Below are positions 13,707 to 28,300 of a DNA stretch of 64,000 nucleotides, piece by piece (position 1 is the first letter of the stretch; every line of letters starts with the position of its first letter). Position numbers and translations under genes: made by a program. The notes under the pieces were generated by a model, which did no database searches, had not been told where the DNA came from, and was given only the letters and a program-made list of their open reading frames with translations. Source of the DNA: Octopus vulgaris (taxonomy: Eukaryota); NCBI GenBank assembly GCA_951406725.2, contig OX597821.1, positions 86,490,001-86,554,000 of the forward strand, in the 5' to 3' direction.

Positions 13707-16097
13707 AAAGACAGACAGACAGATAGATAGATAGACAGATAGATAGATACATCAATGCATACATATATACATACATAAATATCTACATACATATACGTTT
13801 GCTTCTTCTAGAGATTCTCTCTCCCTGAACATATTGGAATATCTTTTGGAGGTAAAGATGATCCTGAATACTATTTACTGGAAATGCATTACGATAATCT
13901 ATACAGGAAGGAAGGTAGGTTCATATTTGTTCCCTGTATTTAAAATATTTGTGTGTCCTACATTATTAGACTGTTTGACATACTCTTCTCTTTGACATAC
14001 TCTTTGACATACTTTGACATACTCTTTGACATACTTTGACATACTCTTTGACATACTTCTCTTTGACATACTCTTCTCTTTGACATACTGATTTATTTAT
14101 TCTATTTTCCTCTTCGACGTACTCTCATGTTTGGCATTCTTTTCTATTTGACTAACTCTCCAGTTTAACATTTTTTTCGACTTGATTAACTCTCTATTTT
14201 ATCCTCTCATTTTCCTTTTATTTTTAATCTTTGCAATTAAGATATTTCAATTTGCTTTTCTCCATATTGTAGGCGTGCTCGATTCATCCGGAATAGACAT
14301 AACTCTTACTAAATCTAAACGTCAATACGATGCTGGAATATTTTTAGTGGGATATAAGGTGGACGATCCTAAGCAATTAATTCCACCTTATGCCAAAGAA
14401 TTCAAATATTACGGAAACTGTGTGGCGTGTGGATCTATGGTAAGTGTTTTACTCTTGATCTTTATAAAGTCTCGTGAAATAAGGTTTCTAACTACACCGT
14501 TTGCACAATGAATGAATTCAATGGAATTGTGAAATAAATAAATTAAAACTGGGTAAGAAACACACCTTCAGTATTAATCTCCGGTTTTTGACACCAAACT
14601 CTTGTTTTCTCTAAATTATATTACTAGTGATAATATATATATTTCTTTATTGCCCACAAGGGGCTAAACACAGAGGGGACAAACAAGGACCGACAAACGG
14701 ATTTAAGTCGATTACATCGACTCCAGTGCGAAACTGGTACTTTATTTATCGACTCCGAAAGGATGAAAGGCAAAGTCGACCTCGGCGGAATTTGAACTCA
14801 GACCGTAACGACAGACGAAATACCGCTAAGCATTTCGCCCGGTGCGCTAACGTGTCTGCCAGCTCGCCGCCTTCCTAATGATGATATATAAGGATGATGA
14901 ACGACTTGATAATGTATTGATATTTATTCATATGCTGGATTGATTGAACCAGTAGAGAGCCGAAATAAAAACTCTTTTAATTCATTTACATTCCTTTATC
15001 TTACGAACATATACACTTCTATATATAATTTGCCTTCCAGTAGTTTTTAAGTTGATATTAGAATATTTTTAATCAATAAACTCCTTATTTACATAAGTAT
15101 GGTTTTATAAAAATGCATGAATTACCAGCGTAACTCTACTGTGAAGCTTATACATCTGTTCCATTCACACTCTAGAATAGATAAAACAAATACCAGTCAA
15201 GTTTAGTGGTCAATTAGAATGACCACACGACATCTAAATATATGACTTTCTTAAAGGGCCAAACACTAAAAAATTTCCAACAATTCTAACAGACAGAAAA
15301 GTGCTGGGCCAGGTTTGTAGACATATCCTGGTTACCAAAGTAGATATACCCTCGTACTCGTGTTAGAAGCAATTACTTAAGACATTGTTATTTCATTTTC
15401 CCATAAAGATTAAACCTGAAAGAAATAACCAATGGAATGAGGACGGAGTTAAGATGATAGGCGTTCTACTTCATGCACACAAGGCAGCGAAGAAGATAAG
15501 GCTTCATCATTATCGTGATGGTAAGAAGCTTCCTGATATTATGTATGATGACAATTACAATTTCGATTACCAAGATCTGAGGCGCATCGAGAAGGAGATT
15601 ACACTTTTAAAGGTAAGATATATGAATATACCCTGAACACAATATATATATATTCTCTTATTCTCTTATTATACATATACATATATACATGGAAGCACTC
15701 CGTCGGTTACGACGACGAGGGTTCCGGTTGATCCGATCAACGGAACAGTCTGCTCGTGAAATTAACGTGTAAGTGGCTGAGCACTCCACAGACACGTGTA
15801 CCCTTAACGTTGTTCTCGGGGATATTCAGCGTGACACAGAGAGTGTCAAGGCCGGCCCTTTGAAATACAGGTACAACAGAAACAGGAAGAAAGAGTGAGA
15901 GAAGTTGTGGTGAAAGAGTACAGCAGGGATCACCACCATCCCCTGCCGGAGCCTCGTGGAGCGTTAGGTGTTTTCGCTCAATAAACACTCACAACGCCAG
16001 GTCTGGGAATTGAAACCGCGATCCTACGACCGCGAGTTCGCTACCCTAACCACTGGGCCATTGCGCCTCCACTATATATATATATACATACATACAC

Positions 16098-16162
<65 letters not shown>

Positions 16163-19100
16163 GTGATCACGTGACCGACCAGGCTATCAGCAGTTGCTAC
16201 ACATCGCTGGTCACAATGCGTATGTATGTATGTATGTATGTATGTATGTATGAATGTATGTATGCATGTATGTCTGCGTGTGTGTGTGTGTGTCTGTCCC
16301 ACCACCACCATTGCTTCACAACCGATGTTGGTGCGTTTGCGTCCCTGTAATTTAGCTGTTCAGCAGAAGAGACTGATAGAATAAGCACCAGGGGGCAATT
16401 TCTTAAACTGAAGGGTTATGCTCCAGCATGGCCACCGTCAAATGACTGAAATAACTAAAATAATAAAAGAACACCAGAAAACCGTTCCGTACCACTAAAC
16501 CAAGAAGGTTCTTTGAATATGAACGATGTATTTTAAGGTTAAATAGTAATTCCGTTTACGTTTGTGTAACATATTTTGGTTGGATAACGTAGTCATTGGT
16601 GTTACTTTACTTTCTATATTCTGTAACTGTCACAATATACTTTTCTAGGCCTGAAATTTTTGTGAAGAGGGGGGGGGGCAGTTGATTAGATCGACTCCAG
16701 TACACAACTGGTACTTAATTTATCGACCCCCGTAAAGACGAAAGGTAAAGTCGACCTCTGCAGAATTTGAACTCAGAAGGTAAAGACAGATGGTCATAAT
16801 ATGCAAACATTTCTCATGGCACCAATACACTGTTTACAGATGCTTACATTTTATATGTTTTCCGTTAATTTTTCTCTGTCCAGCTAGTTATTATTATTAT
16901 TATTATTTTTTTTTTTTTTTTTTTTTGAGTGAGAGAGCAGTGCAGGCCATCAAAGTGACACTGGGGTATATTATACGAAGCCCAGTATACCCATCATGAC
17001 TACCCGTCTGATAAGCGTACACCAGGCACATGCATCACAACCATATGTGCGCGACATGGTGATCTCATATCAAGATAAACATCGAATGAGCTTGCAGGTG
17101 GGGCCCAGTTAGAATATTTTTCTTGTCGAGTAACCCATCCCGCTCAAAATGTCCCTGAATAAGGGTTGTTTAAGGATGTTGAACGAAACACCCATGTTTC
17201 TGAAGGTGAATTACCCAAACCTCCAAGAATTCCTTTCAACACACGGCTATGATGCTCCCCAACTACTTCCACTTGTGATCAGAGATGCACATATCGTCAG
17301 CCACTAAGGGAGATGCTCAACTGGTTAAGGTCAAACAACTGACAAGCAAACCTGTGGTATTGAGCAGAATATTTGCTGTAGCCCATCTTTTATACCAAGA
17401 CAAAACAATGTACATGATAACACTTCCAATCAGTTAAGATAAGAAGCCACGAGAGATTATTATCATCATTACTATTGTTAATTTTTTTTCTGTTTCAGGA
17501 TGACATCCTACAAGTAGAATGTGTTTATGGCACTACAGATAGAACCAATTTTACAGAAGTAAGTAATATTTCTTCCGAAAATATTGATTTTTATATTTTT
17601 GAATTCTCTTTTTCTAATTTCTCCTATTCATGTTGTTACTTCAAATAACTGATATCACTTTTAGTTGACTATCTTTATAATTATTTCATCTAAACTTCAT
17701 CATTTAAATAAACCAGTTATAGAACCTAAAAATATATGACTCTAGGACACCGTAAATGAAATATTTTTATTCGCATACATACATAAATATACACATACAA
17801 ACATGAATACATATATGAGTACATATGTATACACACATGCACACACACCACAGACGTTAAATCTCACGAATTTATGGTCTTAGATTAATTATTAGTTGAT
17901 TATGAACTCATATATCTCTCAGTGCGGAGGCACATGGCTAGTGGTTAGAGCAGCGGACTCGCGGTCGAGGCATCGTGGGTTCGAATCTCAGACCGTGCGA
18001 TGTGTGTGTTTATGAGCGAAACACCTGAGCTCCATGCGGCTCCAACAGACAGTAATGGCGAACTTCTGCTGACTCTTTCGCCATAACTTTCTTTCATTCT
18101 TTCCTCCTGCATCTTGCAGCTCACCTGTGACAGACCGACATCCCATCCAGGTGGGGAACCTATACGCCAAGGAAACCGGGAAATCGGCCCGAATGAGCCA
18201 GTCGTGGCTCGAGAAGGAACAAACAAACAACATATCTCTCAGTGTTTTATCCCATGTCATGTTTTATCCCATGTCATGTAGGACAACCTTAATCCAGTTA
18301 TAATCTCCTCTTGAAGTGTTCCTTCTTTTTTATAATCTCGTAGTGTGATTTAAGAGCAATTGTACTGATACTTGTTACATTCTTAATACCATGTAGAGGT
18401 TCCCTTCTATTGGTTTGACCCAGTGTAAAATTTGCTATCGCTGTTGTTGATCCTGCTTATTTTTTATTGATTTACCTATGATAAAAAATACTCCAGCCGT
18501 GATATGTTTGCTGTGATTATGTTTTTCACATATAACATCTACGACTACATTTCTCACCTCAATATGTCATTTTTTTTCAAAACTGTAAGGTTTGAATTTT
18601 TCAGATACTCTGATTCCAGGTCTACAATATCTAATGTATTCTTCTATTTCTAAGACTTTAGGGTGTGATTTTGAGAGATATTTGGCTGCTTTTTTTGGCT
18701 AGTAGGATGTTCCCATTAAAACACCGGCAACAATGTTTGATTAAACGATCCAACCATGTTTGAGTTGCTAACTCCAACCTGTTGATGTTGTCTCCGAAAA
18801 TATTATATTACGACATAATAATGATCTGCTTAATCGTCAGACCTGCAAAAAAAGCCTAAGTATCGCTCCCCAAGAGTACCAACCCATTAAAAAGGGGATC
18901 TATATCACACAAGTGCAACGAAACTCTGCAGAATATGTAGGACGAAAATCAAAAACGTGACTCACATTGTTAGTGCTTGTGAAAATCTTGCGCAGAAAGA
19001 GTACAAGCGCAGACACGGCAAGGTAGCCCGAAACGTTCACTGGTTAATATGCTGGAAACATGGATACCAGGTAACGAGTGTTTGGTACCAACATACACTG

Positions 19101-22100
19101 GAAAAAATAATGGACTAAAACGAGAAGACAAACATCCTCTGGGACTTTGATTTCCAGACAGACAAGGTGTTACAGCATCGAAGGCCGCATATAGCAACAT
19201 TTAGGAGGGACAGTGCCAGGAGATCAATATATTATCATGAAAAAAAGAGAAAAGGTTGACAAATATGGAACCCTAATAATTGAGATCGCCAAATTAGTCG
19301 GCTACACAGACCACAATTTATGATCTCCACAGTCAGTTTTTGATGGGACACGTAGCCAGGGACCCGGTTACTGGAAGTTGAACGCGTCCTTTCCGGTGTG
19401 CAAAGACTACAGAGACCGGATTAGCGAAGTAGTTAAGCGGCAGTCAACTACTGGTAGTGTAAAGCCCTGAAGAGGGCGATTAAGGCAGAATCCCTAGAGT
19501 TTAGTAAAAAGTTAGCAACGGAAAGAAAGATTACAGGGAAACCTAGTTAGCAAACTAGAAGAGGCGATTTGTAAAGGCATTGCGACTGACATGTTAGTGG
19601 CGAGAATGGCTCTTAACTATTTCTTTGAGGCGAAACATGAAGGCCACTGAAATAAGAAAGGTGATGAGCAAGGCCCGAGCGCTAAAACAGGAGGAAACTA
19701 AAGCCGTCCGATGGGCTTGAATGCTGGAGATGAGATGTAGCAACAAAACCACGATCGGATATTTGACGGATCGATACGAGGGCGTGTTATATGGTTCTGA
19801 GCAGATGTGTGCGGCATTTCAAAAGCACTTCACGCAACTGTCTGGAGGGAGCGATGGGTCAACGACGGTAGCAGACTTTAGTTCGTACTTAGATTGCCTG
19901 CTGCAGTTCTTGGCGGCGAGTTTCAGCGAAAAGCCGATAACGGCCACTGAAATAAGAAAAGTGATGAACAATTGCACAAATCGCAAGTCACCAGATTTAG
20001 ATGGTCTGCCCTATGAATTCTAAGTATTCATAGCACGATTTGTTTGGTGACCTCTTGGCAGACGTTTACCGCAATTAGCAACAGAACAGGAGAATTCCTA
20101 GTGCAATTAGTTGAGGTGTGGTGACACTGCTTAAGAAGGACGCCGACAGTGGGGTCATACTAAGGAATTTTCGGCCCATAATTCTCCTAAACACAAAGTG
20201 AAAGATTTTGGCCAAGGTGTTAGCGAAAAGGTTTGTGATTGTCGTTGGTAGTCTATTAGGGGAAGCACAAACGTGCCCAATCGCGAACAGGTCTGTCCAC
20301 GACAACCTCCACCTTATGCGATACATCATAGAGAAGGCTGAAACTAAAGCTAGCTTCGGTGAGGCCTGATCCATTTGGATCAATCAAAAGCTTTCGAGAA
20401 GATCGGCCATCGCTACCTGGAAGCCGTCCTTAAAGCGGCCAGTTTCGGACCCGTTTTCGGAGGCTGGATCGCTGCAATACACAGTGGCATCGGCTCGGCG
20501 GTCAAAGTAAATGGTCATCTATCGGAACTGTTTAGCATCGCACGCTCGGTCCATCAGGGTTACCCGCTGTTACCTCTTCTGTATGTGATGACTTTCGAGC
20601 CATTGCTACGAAAGTTGGAACAATCGGAGAGGATCCTTCCTACTGGAACTGGGACTTTGAAGAACAGTGTCTGCATACCCGGATGAAGTCACCATCATGG
20701 TGTCAGATGCCTCCGAAGTGGAGACTGTCGGCTCCATTCTAGAAGAATATGAGTCCGTTGTAGGAGCCAAAATCAATGCCGAGAAGTCGGTGGGCTTGCG
20801 ACTAGGGACCTGGAGAAGCAGGTCGATGCCGTCAGACGGCATCCTCATAGGCTGGACTGACGGACCAGTTAAACTGCTCGGGGTCAGGTTTGGTCCCTAC
20901 CTCCAGGTGAATAAGAACTGGGACGAAGTGACGAACAGGGTGGCCAGTCTTACCCAGAAATGGGCTGAGAAGAAAATGTCCTTGAAAGTCGGGCAGAGGT
21001 GGTGAATGCCTACATCGCTTCCTATATCATTTATCGTCTGATCATCGTGCCTTGCCCCAGCTTTTGCTTGATCGATTTGGAGTATCCCTTGTTCATATTC
21101 CTGTGGAAGGGACGAGTTCCAATGGTCAGGCGGTCAGTCAGCTGTCAGCTCCTTCTGAGCGGCGGCTTAGGCATGCCGTGGCTTTTGATGCGTAGACATT
21201 CATTCAGGTTACACCACCTGCAACGACTTCTAGAAGTGAACGTGTTGGGGCTCCGTTCTGAGGCACGCATTTGTATTTTGTCTCGTGGTAAATTTGGTGA
21301 AGTTTAACGTAGTTTTCGTACCTTATATAATCATTTTGTAAATCTATCTTCTTTACAGGGTGGTTTTAGCACTAAGCATGAAATGTGTCAAGCATACATC
21401 ATGCATTATCCAGAAATAAAACTAAAACGTTGTACTAGCGGTTTAAATTTTGATCACAAACTAATCGGGTATGTATGTATTTATGTATCTATCTACCCAC
21501 CTATCTATCAATCAATCTATCTATCTATCTATAAATTTATCTTCACACTCATTCATACATATTTCTACTTACACACATGCTCAAACCATTCCACACACAC
21601 ACACATACAAACACACACACTCACCTACAGACATGTACACGCATACACATAGGTATCTGCGTGTGTATTCACCCCTCCAGCTATCTACTATTGATCTTTG
21701 AATCTTTGAGTACCGTAAATCCTCGAGTTATAATCCGCAATTTTTTCCCAAAAATTAAAGGTCAAAATCCCTAGTGCGTACTATATACGAGGTTAAAAAT
21801 GAAAAATATTTTCTAAGCAATGTCCGAGTCTCTATTTGCTGTTCGGCAATGTTTATTCAGACGCATTTTGTGATGTCGGGCGCGAAAATACCTTAAGCTA
21901 AGCATGAAAGCAATGAAGTCATAAAAGAATCATCCATAACTTGCAGTAAGCAACATTTATTAGAATAAAAGTATTCATAACACAGAATAACATGTAACAA
22001 AAACAATTTGCAAACATATTTACATTCCCATATAACAGTTAAGAACATCACCATTATTGTATTACGCATGCACAGAAGTTTGTTCGACTAGGTGCTGCTG

Positions 22101-22296
22101 GCTTACTTACGCAGGACTCACGTCGTGCATAATAAAGGGGTGCGTATTATACACAAGGTTTAAGTTTTTCAGAGGTACAGCTCCCTAAAAATCCCCTGCG
22201 TATTATACGCAAGAGCGGACTATACTCGAGGATTTACGGTATATGTCTATTTCTGTATATCAGTGAGTGTGTAAGAGTGTGTGTGCGTGTGTGTGT

Positions 22297-22327
<31 letters not shown>

Positions 22328-25300
22328 ACTCAGATTTCCCTAAACTACGATCTTTAAGTGAGAACTGTTCCTCTTCTAGTCTGCATATTAATATTATTTG
22401 GCTTCAAGGCGGCGAGTTAGCAGAAACGTTAAGCAAGCCAAGGGGAAGTAGCGGATGCATATATCGCCTCGGTTGTGTACTACCACCTAGCTGTCGTACC
22501 TTGACCTAAGAAAATTCTGACCAGCTTGGGTCGCTTACTTTTCTGATTCTTATGGAAAGGTCAGGTTCCGCTGAGCAGAAAATCTATCTGCTATCAACAC
22601 CCACAGCGAGGTGGTCTTGGAATGCCATCCCTGATGATGCCGCGCCACGCTTTGAGGCTGCCGCACCTTCAGAAATATCTAAATCACTGCAATGGTGTGG
22701 ACATGGATGGAAGCACTCCGTCGGTTACGACGATGAGGGTTCCGGTTGATCCGAATCAACGGAACAGCCTGCTCGTGAAATTAACGTTTAAGTGGCTGAG
22801 CACTCCACAGACACGTGTACCCTTAACGTAGTTCTCGGGGATATTCAGCGTGACACAGAGAGTGACAAGGCCGGCCCTTTGAAATACAGGTACAACAGAA
22901 ACAGGAAGAAAGAGTGAGAGAAAGTTGTGGTGAAAGAGTACAGCAGGGATCACCACCATCCCCTGCCGGAGCCTCGTGGAGCTTTTTAGGTGTTTTCGCT
23001 CAATAAACACTCACAACGCCCGGTCTGGGAATCGAAACCGCGATCCTATGACCGCGAGTCCGCTGCCCTAACCACTGGGCCATTGCGCCTCCACGGTGTG
23101 GACAACGACGAGGACGAAAGTAAGATTGAACTGCTGTGTGCGTCTTTCGTGCGACACGTCTTTCAGCAGTTCATCTCATTGACAGAGCTACAGTCATGGG
23201 TCAAACGTAGACCAAGGTTGGGTGTTTGGCATCTAGAATGTCGCTAGGTGCTCACTGCATTGTACCAGCTGCCCAAAGCCGTAAGCAGGAAAACAACCCA
23301 AGCTTTCTATAGGGGGCTAGTTGAGGGTATGAGTGACGATGGCCTATTATTGAATCTGGACATCGACGAGAACAGTCTGAGTACTCTCTACTAGAGCCCC
23401 TTCGGGTCGAAGATCATGGGAAATTTGCAAAAGTCTTTGGCATGGCAGTGCTACAGAGGAGCATTGCCTGTTCGAGACAAGCTCTTCGAACCTGTGTAAG
23501 ATACTTGTAACGGAACAAAACCGTCCTGCATTGTAATAATTCAGTATCCATGCATTAGAGAGCTGTGGGATTGTGTGGTGTTGTTGCTGTCGCGTGTAAG
23601 ACGAATTCATCTGACTGCTGAGAAGGAAGGCAGATCTTTCTCTGCTTAACGGCTGTGCAAAAGAGGCTGTGTGGTGGACGCGTCTGAAAGGCTTGAAGAT
23701 AGGCACTTTCTTACCTGGTCAAAATATCACTTGAAGAGGAAATTGGAGGGTAGAGAGGGAGGTGCTGCGTTCTTGTGTGTTTGTCAAAAGATGGTCGACA
23801 GTAAGAAGTCTGGTGAGACTGGATGGATCTACTTTGAATATACTTTTCTAAGCCGGGGGAAAGAAACAGGAAGATATTCCCATGCCTTGGGGATGGCAGA
23901 GTAATCCAGGATTTTTGTGTGGAGTTTATCCCGAATTACCCTAAGTGGACCGCCCCGCTCTTGGGAATTCTAATTATCTATTTATTTATTTATTTATTTA
24001 TTTATAATTTCTCTATTTTCTATTATATATCTTTTGTCATTTCCTTTAATGTGGTAACATCCCCACTTGATTTATGGTAACCCCACATGTTTTTGTAATT
24101 TTTGTTTTGTACTGTAACTCGTCCTTCAATATTGTCCTCCGTGTCCTGGGCCCTTGTGGCTAATAAAAGAAATCATTATTACCATTTTGCGATGAAAACT
24201 CACAGCTTATTTTGCTAAGCATGATGGAAAGTGTCAACTGTCTACAGCTAACAGACTAAGGTGACACTTGTTTACTGGTCATGCTTCAAGAGCCCTGTGA
24301 AGAATTCTTGCAGTTCCAAGCAATGCTGATCTGTAGGTGTTCTACTGTCATACTTACACCAATCTTTTTCAGCCGTGTTGGTAGATGAGTGCTGATACTT
24401 CTAAGTGCACCAATTACTATTGGTATCACGTCTGCTCTCTTCACTGACCACAACCTTCGTATTTCCCTCTTCAAATCGCCATAGTTGTTTATTTTTTCTT
24501 CTTTCACATTGATCCTGTTGTCACCGCGGCATGTTATGTCGTTTATCATTCATGTTCTTTCTTTTTTATTCACCACAGCAATGTCCATTTTCCGATGACT
24601 GGTCAGGTGAGCGCACTGGATCATTGAATCCCACAGCATTTTAAAATTCTCATTCTCGGTGGCTCCGTCTGGGGTTTTCTCATACCACGTCTTTGCTCTC
24701 TGTAATCCATGATTTCCACAGAGCTCCCAATGGATCATTCTTGCCCCATTGTCATGGCGTCTTTGGTATTCGCGTTGTGCCAGTTTCGGGCATTCGCTTA
24801 CGATGTGTCATACCATTTCGTCCCTCTCGCCATGCATTTTGCATTTTTTGCTGTCAGTAGTGTTGTCTATTCTTCACTTCACATAGCTCGTTCTTGAGCT
24901 GCGCATATGAGTGCTTCTGTTTCTATCTTCAGATCACACCCTTCACCCATAGCCACCGGTGCTCCGTGTCTGTCTAGGCGTTCACATCTCTTGCAAACTG
25001 ACCGTACATTTTAACCCTTCGCTGCTGTTTCCGTTTTTGTATTCATTTCTTCTTGTTTATTTTCATTTCTCTTATTTAAACCACGGCCTCTGTCCTTGAA
25101 TATATAATATTATCTGTTTCAGGACTAACTTGCAATATAAGAATAACCAAAGTGCAGTTAAAAAAATGGAATTAATAGTCAACGGTTTGGAACCCGAAGT
25201 CGGTTTTATTCAGACTTGTGTTAATAAGACAAGTGTAAGTGTTACTTTGCTTTTCCTTTTCTTTGCTAGATTTTTGAGTTTGTGTCTTATTTGAAAATTC

Positions 25301-28300
25301 TTTAAGGTTGTGAAATTTTAAGATTTGTAAATGAATACTTACATTGGTCAATTTTAAGCGCTACTGCTTACTTGTTGCAAGCAGTGGTAACCTATTTTCC
25401 ACTTTGGAATTAGTTTGACAATTTAGTGAAGTTATTGTAGCTTAGTTAGTTAGTTGCACTAATAACTTTTACGGTACCTTCAATATTGGTGTGAGAACAT
25501 ATGGTAGAAAAAGAAAACGGTACACATGTATTGCTGCCGTAGAAAAATGTAAGAGATATCGAGTTTATCATCATGAGGCGGGAGAACTGGTTCAACTAGT
25601 TTTCACAGAATGGATTCTGCTAAAAGTACTCAAAGGAAGGTGGTGGCATTACAACAGGTCGATCACGCAAATATATGTAGAAAACTCTGCACTTTTAAAA
25701 TTTCACTTACGAATTTAGATCAACCCGAAGCTATTTTAGAAGTACCTTGAAATAGGATTGAAGCTGAAACCACTCAAGTGTGAGAAGAATCTCTCTACTA
25801 CAAGGCCATGATAGTGAAGTTCCTTCTAACAGAATACGACTCATGAATCTGTTTGAGCCATGTATTATGTATTTAGTAGTAAAATGTATAGAACAGATTC
25901 AATCAGAGGGCATATTTTACTGCAGTTGAAGCTATTTTACTTAAGTTAAAGAAACTTACGCTTGTAATGTAATGTAAATATCACGAAATCCCATTTGCTC
26001 ATCTTAAATAATTTTTAGACGAATAATTGGCATCTCTGAAAGAGAGATGTCAGTTATTTGTCTAAAAAATCTCTGAAAGAGAGAAATAGGTGTGTGATGT
26101 CTTTATGCATTTCCTGAAAGGTATTTCCAATTAATTTAAATAATTTAATAATTTAAATAATTAATAATTTAAAATGCGCTCTAGTTTTGACTCACTAGAA
26201 TTTTACTAGGGATTCTATAGCGTTCGCAACTATTATCACTTGTTAAATACTTTGAGGCATTTCTTTTAAGATCCGTAATTCCAAATCAAGTCAACCGCAT
26301 AAGCCATTTAATCGCATTACTTTTGTGAATATGTGTTTGCATATGCATGTATATACAACCACGTGTAAATTAGATATATCTATGTTTAATTTACTATGAT
26401 TCTATCAAAATATGTTAAGAAAGAAATACATTAAGGTTTTCTGAATGGAGTGCTTTTAGGGAAACAGGACGGCGCTTGTGACGGAAAAGGATTTGCTACG
26501 TAAATGATGAGAAATGACTATAGTTAGAAATCTAAACTGGCTCAAGCAGAATTATAACGTGATGTTTCACTAACCTAACTATCTACTAACCAAAAGGAAT
26601 CTACAAATAAAGCCCACGAATTGCACTTCATCTTATTTATTTTATAGATCATTTTTTATTACACATAAGGTATTGAGTAGGGTTTTGTCTTTGATTCTAT
26701 CTTAAGCCTTGTATATTTCTTCTCATCAAGATATATTGAACTAATCTATTTTAAGTTACAGTAGAAAATTTACTAAAATATAATTCTTTACTAAATTATG
26801 TAATTCTAAATTTAGTTTGGTATATAACAGTTTAAAATATACAGTTACAAGATATCGATATTCTAAAACTTTGTAGCGTATCGAGTATATGAATCAAACT
26901 TTCCCGGTAATTAAATCTGATGACCCGACAACTCAACAACCACCTACAACCGAAAAGGTAAGTATCTAATTTTCGACAATAAAATATTTTGAATACGGTT
27001 TCTCAATTAAAACATTCAAACAAGTCAATACACTTTCTCACTATCATCCAGTTACTTATATATTTACTTCCGTTACCGTATAACTAATTAGGACACATTC
27101 GTGGATTTAGTTTTTGTTTAATGCCTTTTCTTGTTCAACAGATGGAAGTGATTAAATAATAATACGAAAATCCTTTCTAGTGTAGGAAAAATGCCTGAAA
27201 TTTTAGGCGGGGGTGGGTACTCAGTCATATCGACCACAGTGCCCAACTGATACTTATTTCATCAACCCCAAAAGAATAAAAGGCAAACTGGACCTGCACA
27301 AGATAAGAACAAAAGGACCAAACTTTGAGATATGACAATATTCACAGACATGGAAATTTAGGTTAATCTATCGGGTTTTTTGTGTTCGACAAGAAGAAAC
27401 GAAGTGCTTCATAGTCAAAGTATCAATTCAAATAAACAATAAAGGATCTGCAAAAGAAATGGAGAAAATTTCTAAATACTGTAGAAAGAGCCATACCTAG
27501 AACATGAAGAATGGAAAATTAAAACATTACCTATAATGATAGATGCCTTGAGAATGGGAATTAATTATAGTTGCAAAAGTAGTGAAGTTGTTTCAAAACA
27601 ATGAAGACTTCTACTGTGTATGCAAAATAGTACATGCTTGAAATAATTTCTGCTGCACTAATTCATGCAATGGAACTGTGAACCAATGTATTTTCACAAA
27701 TTGTAGTCGGATTACTTATTTTAACTATTATTAACTGTATCATTCAGTTAACTATAAACTATTGTAACAAATTAGCAGTTTCAAAATATTCCACTTCTCT
27801 CTTATATAAATAAGTCAGGGGGCAAATGGTAGTGCTTATGGCATTTTAAATCTTCATAGACTGGTGAGATTGATATTGCTTATGCTCAGCTTGATAATCT
27901 CTAACTCAACGTGTATAGAAAATACGTAGACAAAGAGGGATTCCAGAAGAGCTAATTTTGGAGAGGCAGGATAGGAAGTTGGGGTACTCCGTGGTTTGAA
28001 TACCGTAAGAATAACTTAAGAAGGAAATTAGGTGAGACGAGTCAACCTGGGCTGTGAGATTATGCAACCAGCTAGTTAAGAAGAATAGTAATTATTGTAG
28101 AATCGATAGAAGAGAAAGAGAGTACCAGTTTGTCTATGAGCTAATTGTTGAAGTATGTTAGTGATGGATGTTTCGCTAATTAGTTGAGTGACCCGTTGTG
28201 TTTGGTGTTAGAGGTCCGTGTGCATTTTGTACGTATATGTGTGTGTGTGTGTGTGTGTGTGTTTCTCTTTCTGTTTAGATTGGCCGTCTGACTAAATAGG

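Noticed and set aside
17925-18000. tRNA-like sequences (also near 16000-16070, 23020-23094, 42310-42383, 50498-50570)
   Set aside because: These are SINE heads followed by SINE bodies, several with TSDs, not stand-alone tRNA genes.
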